Shown here: positions 26,701 through 35,840 of the stretch, piece by piece
Position numbering within the stretch: position 1 is the first letter of the stretch
Layout: every line of letters starts with the position of its first letter
Origin: Paraspadella gotoi
Taxonomy: Eukaryota > Animalia > Chaetognatha
Length of the DNA: 64,000 nt
NCBI GenBank assembly: GCA_051294375.1
Contig: CM119271.1
Coordinates: 242,721-306,720, forward strand
Reading direction: 5' to 3'
Program-made: the position numbers and the translations under genes
The notes under the pieces: model-generated
What the model was told of the DNA's origin: nothing
What the model saw: only the letters and a program-made list of their open reading frames with translations
Databases searched by the model: none

Positions 26701-29700
26701 TTTTTCTAATTCTTTTCTAGGCGAAACGGCTAACTTTTCCGCGTCGAGACGCCTGCCTTGATTGACACGGCCTACCCTCTGTTGGGAATAGAATGGGTTA
26801 CCCCATGTTTCGGTTCTTTTACTTCGTGTTGGAGTCGATAAGTTTTGGAAGGATCGAAGAAGTTTATAGACTTCTCACCCTGTCGATCCATCGAAGTTGA
26901 CATGCGAACTGTTTGCCGGGGTCTGTTGATGCTGAAGCTGCGATTGTGGAGTAAAGTCCTTCCGATCGAGTAACAAATCCGTCCGCGATGCAATTGGGTG
27001 CCAAAAACGTTTTGCGCGCAAAGAAGGTCTGCGCGCTAATATGTGCTGCTTTACTTCTGCTACAACGAAACTCATTATTGAAAATTCTTGCGATTTTCCT
27101 AGTTGCAGCAGTCCTCTCAACGTTCTGTCCTTGGAGTCGCGGATTAGAGTAATCACGTTGAGATTCGGTCAGAGGTTGTTGAGTGCGCGGGCTGCATTCA
27201 CGGGGCCGGCCGTCCCTCTGCTCTCCCGGCCGTTTCCCGTCAGCGTTTACGCTTGAGTTTCCTCATACTTTAGAAACATCCGAGTTCACATGTCCAGAGC
27301 TAAAGCGCCAAATTTTTACATGTTTAGGCAGCAATGTAACGAGCTTTGGTTTGTTTTTTCGCTCTTGGCCTGATGTTGCCTCTTTTTTGCCGCTTGAAGG
27401 TTCGTTTTTTCGCCTGCGTCGACGGCATTGATAGCTTCCTCTTCTGATTCGGCAATCGATGTCCTCTTGTTGGCCGCTGTGAGACGTTGCTATGAGTGAA
27501 TGATGACTGACGATTTCAGATTACCGTCGCCTTGTGTCGAAAATGTCGGTCCGCTAATTCGCAGAGTTCGGCGGCCCAGAGATCATCTGGCCTATTCCTC
27601 TAGCTGTCCTACGCATCTTCTGAGTAATTCTCTGGAGAATCTTCTCCTTCCGATGTCGTCGATGGTGACTGGTCCTTCGTCCTCTCTTCCAGTTGGTGCG
27701 CTGTAGCATCTTAGAAGTTTAAGGCGCGTCGGTGTCGATGAATAGAGCAGGTTGGCGGGCCTGCTGCGGCCGGGTAGCCCCGTATTCTTCCGGAGTGATG
27801 AGAGAACTGCTGCCGAAGTAGAATCCGTTGTTTCGCCATAAAGAAACTGAGTTGATTGTTTGGATCGACTTTACACCACTTATCTTTGACTCTAATGGGG
27901 ACGCCAAATTTCGACTTTGCGCGCGGTGATTCCAGCACGGGTATAATGCCGGCTTTCATACCCGTTTGATCCAAATCTCGATGTTTAGCGGCATCAAAAT
28001 CCGGTAGAATCTGGTTTGCGACTCCGAGGCCTCTAGAGAGCTCGCGTCGCGGCGGCGGGGGCCGGCACGAAGTTCGATGTTTTTTTCTGTCGCGGAGGTC
28101 GTTGTGCGTTTCTCCGCCGGTTTTGCCATCCCTCGGCGTCGATGAAAGTTGCTCGCCGTTCGAACTTGAAATTAAAAAGCCGGGGCGTCGTGCAATACTG
28201 GGGACCCGAGCAGCTGATCGCTTGTCCTCCCATTCCCCACGCTCGAGGATTGGAGGCCTTGGAACGGGGAGCGTCGTGATCGTTGGCGTGGCGTTGTTGC
28301 CGACGGAAGGGCGTGAGCGAGGTTTGGAACGGTGGGGGGGTCGGAGTCGCATGGAGTCCTTCGTCACTTCTGTTCGACGTCGAGGGCCCGTCGCGGATGT
28401 GTTTGGCGATGAAAAAGATTGAAAAAAGGTGTCGAGCAAGATTGGGGGAACCTTTGCGTTAACCGTTCTCAACCCAATCTTACATCAGGGAGAGTTAAGC
28501 TGCTCTGTTCCCCTGGTCGACTCTCTTGAAGGTTGGTTGCGTTCGAATGTCGGGAATGCCAAGTGTGGCCGGGCATTAGGTTTACCACAGTATGACTTAA
28601 TCCAGACAACTGAATGATTTGGTTCTAAAGACGGTTGTTGTCGGCAGGGAAGGCAGATCATGTATTGAGACTTTAGATCAAAAATTGTTTTTAAATTGAA
28701 TTCTAATGAGATAGGAAATTTCCTCAGAGTGAATGTATTATTTACATTGTAGAGAATGATTAAAAACAATGTTTTATTAAATGTTTGATGGAAATAACAT
28801 TTATTTTTAGATCCAAGATCAGAAGCAATAAATCAGTGGAAACAATCATTAAAGTAAACAAGTCATTTTCAGTTAAAGTTTGAATCAGGCGGGAAAGAAC
28901 CCTCTTTGTTTGAAGCTCTGATTCGATGAAAAACAAAGGCTTCTCGAATTTGATTATAAGCTATAAATAATGATTTCTGAGCTTCGGATTTAGGGTTGCT
29001 TGGATTAGCTGAGGGCCGAGAGCCAGAGCAGACGAGCCTCTGGCCCCGGGTTCGAATCCCGGAGCGATGAATTATTTATAAAGTATTTTAATTCGCCCTG
29101 AGATGACCGCACTTGCATCATTTTTTTTACTCAATCATTTTTTTTAACTTCATCATTTTTTAACTTGCATCATTTTTTTTAACTTTGATCATTTTTTTTT
29201 TAACTTGGCCATCATTTTTTTTAACTTGCATCATTTTTTTAAACTTGTCATCATTTTTTTAACTTGCATCATTTTTTTAAACTTGCATCATTTTTTTAAA
29301 CTTGCATCATTTTTTAAACTTGCATCATTTTTTTTAAACATGCATATTTTTTTAACTGCCATCATTTTTTTTAACTGCCATCATTTTTTTTTAACATGCC
29401 ATCATTTTTTTTAAACTGCCATCATTTTTTTTTAACTGCCATCATTTTTTTTAACTGCCATCATTTTTTTTAACTGCCATCATTTTTTTTTAACTGCCAT
29501 CATTTTTTTTTAAACTGCCATCATTTTTTTTAAATTGCATCATTTTTTTTAACTTGCATCATTTTTTAACTTGCATCATTTTTTAATTTGCATCATTTTT
29601 TTACTTGCATTCATTTTTTCACATTAATTAATTAAACATTTATTAGTAATCATAAATAATAAAGATTCAAGTAAAGTTTCTTCCATTTGAAAAAAAACTT

Positions 29701-32700
29701 TATATCTAGCTTCTTCACACACTTTCCTACCCATACACAAAATTTCATTACAATCCAAGCACGCAATCACGAGTTATTGGAGCTTTTTAATAAAGTGGGA
29801 CGGACGGACATATTTTTTTTTGCATAATTTATTATAAGTCGATGTTCTGACATGATGTAAGTGATTGCCCGACAATATTGAGGGGGCGGACCGACAGACC
29901 GACAAAGTGAATTATAGAGTCGGGATCTGCTATCAGCAGATTCGACTAAAAATATTTTTTAGTCGGATCTGCTTTCAGATGATCCCGACTCTATATTTCA
30001 CTTTGTCGGTCCGTCGGTCCGCCCCCTCAATATTGTCGGGCACTCACTTACATCATGTCAGAACATCGAATTATGATAATATGATAAATTATGCAAAATA
30101 AACTATGGCGGTCCTTCCGTCCCACCTTAGAAAAAAATACCAATTACTCGTGATTGGATGGATGGATTGGAATGAAATTTTGTGTGTGGGTAGGGAAGTT
30201 TGTGATTGAGCTGTATATGAAGTTTCGATGGAATTGTCCGAGTGGAAATGAGTTAAAATGGAAAAAACAAAAAAATATATTTCACTATTTGAACACCAAT
30301 TACTCATGAGTGGATGGGGCGATTGACTTGAAATTTTGTATTTGGGTAGAAAAGTGTGTGATTAAACTGGAAATCAGGTTATTTGAATAGTTTGAGTGGA
30401 AAAGANNNNNNNNNNCCGGCGGCCCCTAGGGTCGCATTTTTTTTTTAAATAAAAAGGTGTTCCGTTTTACCCCACCCTGGCGTAAAACGGAACACTTAAT
30501 AAATTATATATAATTTTTTATAATATTACAAAAAATAATAACTAAAACACTATTATTAAGAGCATAGAATATAAAAAATTGAAAATTTTATTTTTTTAAG
30601 TGCTTAAAATGATTTTTAATACCATGTTCTCAGTTTTGCAAAATTATTGAATGACAATACCAAATTTATATATATTTTTTTATTTGTAGTATTTTTTTTT
30701 AATGTTATTTTTTCTTATTCTTTTTATCATTTATATTTATCTTTAGAAATTTAGCTTATTTTTTATTTCCTTTTCAAAATATTTTTATTCATATTATTTT
30801 TATATGAATTTCATCTTAATTTTTTTTAAATAATTTTTTAACCATCTTTAGGCGTTAAATTCCATTCCAAACTTTTGTAACTTTTCAGTCGGATCTGCTT
30901 ATCAGCAGATTCCAACTCTATAATTCACTTTGTCGGTCCGTCGCCGTCGGTCCCACCCCAAAATATTGTCGGTAAATCATTATTATCAAATCAGAACCTG
31001 AATTATGATAAATTATGCAAAAAAAAATGATGTCCGTCCGTCCGTCCCCCCTTAGCAAAAAACTCCAATTACTCGTGATTAGATGGATGGATTGGTATGA
31101 AATTTTCTGTGTGGGTAGGAAACTGTGAGATTGAGATGGATATTAAGTTTCGATGGAATCGTGCGAGTGGAAATTGGTTTAAATGGAAAAAACAAAAATA
31201 TCTATTTCACTATTTGAACGCCAATTGCTCATGAGTGGATAAGGCAATTGACTTGAAATTTTGTATGATGGTAGGAAAGTGTGTGATTGAGCTGGATATA
31301 AAGTTTCGATGGAATCGTGCAAGTGGAAATGAGTTAAAATGGAAAAAACAAAAGTCATATTTACTTAAAGTATTTTTACTTAAATTTACTCATAATTATT
31401 ATGTTTATTAAAAATTGGATAGATAAATTGAAATGGAATTTTGTGTGTGGGTAGGAAAGTATGTGATAAAGCTGGATATAAATTTTTTTATGGAATCAGA
31501 GGAGCGGAAGAGTTCAAATTAGAAAACCAAAAGACACATTTATTTGAATTTTTTAAAGTTTCTCTCTCGCTATCTCTCTCTGATTGATTGATTGATTGAT
31601 TGATTGACCAAATGATGCAAAAAAAATATGACAAAAATATTCCAGTTGACCAAATTCTGCAAAATGACCAAATTATGCCAGTTGACCAAATTTGTTAATT
31701 GACCAAATTATGTCAGTTGACCAAATTATGTCAGTTGAACAAATTATGTCAGTTAACCAAATTATGTCAGTTAAACAAATTAAGTCAGTTGACCAAATTA
31801 TGTTAGTTAAACCAAATTATGTCAGTTGACCAAATTATGTCAGTTGACCAAATTATGCCAGCTGACAAAATTATTTCAGTTGACCAAATTATGCCAGTTG
31901 ACCAAATTATGCAAGTTGACCAGTTAGCTTATTACCTCCTAATTATCGTAGGCAGATCCGACATTGTTTGCTCAAACTTGTTTATTGCTAAAAATAGATT
32001 TTTTTACTGTATTATTAATAGTTTATCGCAATGCCGTCAAAGGCGGCCGCCGCGATAAGGGGCGTTAATACAACTTTACGCTTCGTTTGAATTCTAACTT
32101 CACGCAATCTCGGCACTAAAAGTTACAGGTCCGGTAAAATAGCGCCGAGGAACCGAAGGCGCCGGCGCTGAAGCTCGAAGGGGCGGCGACAACTGTTCTG
32201 CGCTGCCTTCTGAACTACCTCGTTAAGAGTCAAATTGGCTGCATCTCATTATCAAAATCACTCCACTTCTCTTATTATCATTTGTCCCTCAACCCACACT
32301 TAGAAACACAAACACAGACACGTCCACTACCCGTGGGTAAGAAAGTGGAGACGCCGGTCAAAAATCCCCCGTATTCGACGGCGGCGCAGGCGATGCCGAG
32401 GGACAGCGCCACCGTCACTTCGTCCACGGAGGAGACCCAGGAGTTGGAAGAGCAGACGGGGACTCCGACGGATCTAAATAGGCGAGATGTGATCTTAAAA
32501 TGATGTTTTTGGTTTTAGCAATATTTATAAATAATAATATGACAGTTGAACAACCGCTATTAAAATTATCCATTTGCTAAATGAGCAAGCTATCTCGCCC
32601 CTCTCATTGGACTGGCTATGCCAATGGTGGGGTTTAAGTAGCAAGACCCCGCAAGCTTTTTATCAAAACTCTCTCACAGTCAAGTTAACTCCCTATCAAT

Positions 32701-32909
32701 TTACCCATTTCACTATAGGAAAGAATAATACAAATTAAATATATATATAGATATGATAGATATATAATATATATCACATATTAAAGATTTACTTTTATTC
32801 TTCACCTGCTCCACAAGAGAGTGATCAACAAAACGAGGTGAGCGGTGAGCGTGAGGAATCTGGCGGGAATCAACGCGTGGTGCGGCGACGAAGCAGACGA
32901 CAACATCAT
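20732..32909 (-). CDS. TMEM107: Transmembrane protein 107 (ciliary transition zone), 3 exons, missed by the ORF track
   Basis: Exons 32909-32806 (MMLSS..LIPARFLTLTAHLVLLITLLWSR), 32473-32331 (..VALSLGIACAAVEYGGFLTGVSTF) and 20910-20732 (SLFSLTAHFSA..CFTFWFVFGFCSLLPSIVEVIVFVSVVGFKK) join in frame. They match the TMEM107 motifs PSRFLTLLAH, GFLSGVSMF and FCSALP. Confidence 0.92.
21640..22463. repeat. ~19-20-bp minisatellite (AACTGCCATCATTTTTTT / AACTTGCATCATTTTTTT), left part
   Basis: About 40 tandem units visible. Confidence 0.95.
22464..23044 (-). repeat. 3' LTR of the Gypsy element
   Basis: Aligns along its length with 28564-29111. Confidence 0.88.
22923..22996 (+). ncRNA. tRNA-like Pol III cassette inside the 3' LTR
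   Basis: A-box-like TAGCTGATGG and B box GGTTCGAATCC, with upstream TATAAATA and downstream TTTT. Confidence 0.5.
28564..29111 (-). repeat. 5' LTR of the Gypsy element
   Basis: Aligns with 22464-23044; followed on the minus strand by TGGCATTCCCGAC (PBS-like). Inner boundary is approximate. Confidence 0.85.
28998..29066 (+). ncRNA. tRNA-like Pol III cassette inside the 5' LTR
   Basis: TAGCTGAGGG..CCAGAG-loop-CTCTGG..CCGGG-TTCGAAT-CCCGG; A-box to B-box offset ~44 nt, as in tRNA genes. Confidence 0.5.
29112..29610. repeat. ~19-20-bp minisatellite, right part
   Basis: Same unit as 21640-22463. Confidence 0.95.
29957..30405 (+). mobile_element. HINE family A copy 5 (partial, ends at assembly gap), inverted relative to copy 4
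   Basis: TTTTAGTCGGATCTGC start directly abuts the end of copy 4. Confidence 0.72.
30882..31982 (+). mobile_element. HINE family A copy 6, with 18-bp minisatellite (CAGTTGACCAAATTATGT)n at ~31605-31925
   Basis: Both family termini, three internal ~140-170-bp repeats, (GATT)n and the 18-bp array. Confidence 0.8.
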
Positions 32910-35840
32910 AGCATTTTAAATCTAATTGCGACTTCCCTCTTGTTTGTTTGTTTGTTTGTTAGTTTTTCTGATTTTAAACCAAATATAACGGGTCAATTTT
33001 TATCTTTTTTTTTAAACGTTGGTAGTGAGGTTTGACTGCAAGCTATGGGTATCGTATTACGCTTTATGAAAGTAGAAAATCGAACATATGGGTGATTAAG
33101 CCTTAATCTAATCTTAGGTCATTGTGCATTTGCCTCATTTCCCTTAATCTAATCTCAAGTCATTGTGCTTTTCCTTCATGATCGATGCCTCTTTGAAAGG
33201 TCATTCTCTCCAATAAATTTCGGCTAAGAGATTTAATTGTTCTTAACGTTAACGGTTCAGAAGAAAAAAAAAGATTTGGAAAAAAAGAAAAAAGTTCGTT
33301 TATTGTCCATCGAAAAAATCCGGGCGATTATCAATCAACCTTCGGTTTCGTCCCTTTTTTTGGGCCGTTTTTCATGACTCACAAAAGTTCACATTTTCCT
33401 CAAAGGTCAATTCGTTCGACGCTGCGTGGCGCGAGCGTGAAGATCACAAATCTGGTAAATTTCCATCATGATATGAAACAAAAGGGAAAGAAAATGTTAA
33501 AAAAATAAAGCATCTTTTATTATTTTGTTATCATACGGTGGAATGACGAATAACGAATTTTAAATCATTAATTGTTTTACGATTCGTAGATTATCATTGA
33601 AAGACGTACAGTAAAATTCTTACTCAAAACATTTTTTTAACATAAAAAATGTTGGAAAGTTAAATTAGTAAATGAGAATAAACGGTCACATATTTAATCG
33701 ATAATATAGGAATTTATAATATTTTTGTAATAATCATTATCCTTCGCGACTAGAGTAAACGGCTAAATATTTTACATCAGTGAATAAACGTAACAACCAA
33801 TTTTCTTGCTTGCTTAACAGTGAATTAAAAATGACTGAGTTCAAATAATCTGAAAAAGAAATAGTAGTTTTCGTAGTTTTCGTTTATTGTGACGATAGAA
33901 AAAAAAACAATTTAGTTGTTCGGGTGAATATTTTTTTAAAATTTTAGTCTTGGATATTTCTAACGGTGTTTTACCGTTTTGTTAACTAGAAAAATCAAAT
34001 GACAGATAATTTGTCAAGAGTCTCTGGCCATAAATCAACGGATATAATTTTTTTAAAAACTTTCAACAAAGTATATATATATTATATAATCAAAGCCACC
34101 TTAGCCCTCGCACGATCCAACTAAGCTAATTTTTAACCATTCTTTAGCTGCGACCGTTGTACATATAGAGTGCTAAAACACAACAAAAGTCTGTCAACTT
34201 GATTAATTGAATAAATTACAATGGCCGTTGATTCCCTGGCCTGTTTGAGATAGATCCGACGAATTAATCACACGAATAAGATAATTTGTAATAATAACCA
34301 ATAATATCCTGCGCGTGGATAGCTTCTCCTGGTTAAAATTTTACGTATTCATCGACTTTAATTTAATTAAATTAGATTAGAAATTAATTTAAACTTTATA
34401 ATCTTTGAAGTTTAAAACGGCAAACTTTTTATGTGGCACACAAAAAATCACAATTTAAACTCAATCAATCTTCAGTCACTAATGTTGTAAAAAATATTAA
34501 AATACATAATATAATTCGGGGTCTTAGAGGATTGTCTCCACCGTCGATGTCTAAATCCGGCTGTGCTGCCTTGATGAAAGCATCGATATAAAATAAACAA
34601 TATGTTATATTTTAATCAATTTAATGAGGGGGGAAAAGATTTTCTTATGCAATTCTGTGTGGATTAAATTTATAACAATCCATAACATCACTGTTTAATT
34701 TGAATGGTTATGGCTAAGATCTTGAGGCATCGCAAATAGTTTATATATACGACTGGCGCCGGAATAGAAAATTACAATCACAAAAAAAAAAAAAAAAAAA
34801 AATTCAGATACGAAAGTTTCCGAAGGACATCTCTAATTCTACGGGGACTGCAGGAGGTGAAAGCTAATAAAAAATAATGTCAATCAAAAAGCAGCTACAC
34901 GGAACGTTTTGAAAAGTGCAGTAAAAAAGTCATCCTTCGAAAATATAAAGCTGAAATTATTATAAACGAAACGTGTGTATAAAAAACAAAATGCATAAAA
35001 ACTGCATGAGTAAAACGCTAACTCGATTTTAATCCCATCTAGAATAAATACCATGAACAAACAATAACACCGGTCATCAGAATCTCCTCAAAAAATAACC
35101 TTCGTCCATCGTAAAGATAGACTTACTCTCACTTATGCCAAAGTAAAGGGAAAGTCCAGACATAAATTTAGCATTTCATTTCAAGTTGATTTTATATCTC
35201 TCGGATGAATGTTAATATCTTTTTTGACATTCCCCCAAAAAAAATCTGAATAGGACAGAGCAATTCACCCTTAATGTCCTATAAATATATATAATGTCCT
35301 AAAAAAATAAAATAAAGAAACTTAACAATGACACCCTAATTCCCTAAGCTTAACTGAACCTCGCATTTGCGCGCAGATCTTGACTACCTTTCAGTCTCGT
35401 CATCATAAATGAAACATTGGTGCAAACAAAGTATTTCTCAGTCAAGATAAATCATAAAAAAAAGTTGATTTTTGCAACTGGAAAATCAGTGCTACGAAAG
35501 AACCAAAGGAGTGAAATAACACAAGATATAAACATCATTTAAAAAAAAAAACCAAAAAAAAACAACCAATAGTCACCACCCCTTGTATTTAGTGAGCTAT
35601 GCATAAAGAGATAAAGAGCCGATAGCGTGGAATTAAAAAATACGGAATGAAAAAAAAAATTAGTGTATTAAGTCTGAATAGTGAATATCCAGTAGATGGG
35701 GAGTGGGTTGGGGGAGAGCATGATTCTTTGTTTCAATTTAAATTCGTTGAATTCAGAGGCGCAGTGACCCTCCAATGTGCTGCATTAGGGGAGAAACGAG
35801 GAAAGAAAATAATAGGCAAGAAAAAAATGTTTTTCTTCAT

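Larger units (their letters stand above)
22464..29111 (-). mobile_element. Full-length Ty3/Gypsy LTR retrotransposon, CsRn1-like; reading frames broken by many indels
   Basis: Direct LTRs with TG...CA ends and a CTTG duplication at 22460-22463/29112-29115; PBS-like TGG next to the right LTR; purine tract AGGGGG next to the left LTR. Fragmentary domains occur in Gypsy order: gag zinc-knuckle-like segment, protease end (FVVAEVKQHIL), RT (KIDLFEGYHQIP; YxDD as LDDIL), RNase H (TDAS, FRHWVEGR, GKANVVADA) and integrase (ERFHRRLKE). Confidence 0.92.
21546..29951 (-). mobile_element. HINE family A copy 4, split by the Gypsy insertion
   Basis: AACAAGTTTGAGCAAACAATGTCGG at 21546 and GAGTCGGGATCTGCTATCAGCAGATTCGACTAAAA ending at 29951; the minisatellite continues on both sides of the LTR element. 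Confidence 0.78.

Noticed and set aside
30458-30497. 14-bp inverted repeat GTGTTCCGTTTTAC/GTAAAACGGAACAC as a terminator or ncRNA
   Set aside because: Lies next to an assembly gap and more likely belongs to a truncated DNA-transposon end; no partner terminus seen.
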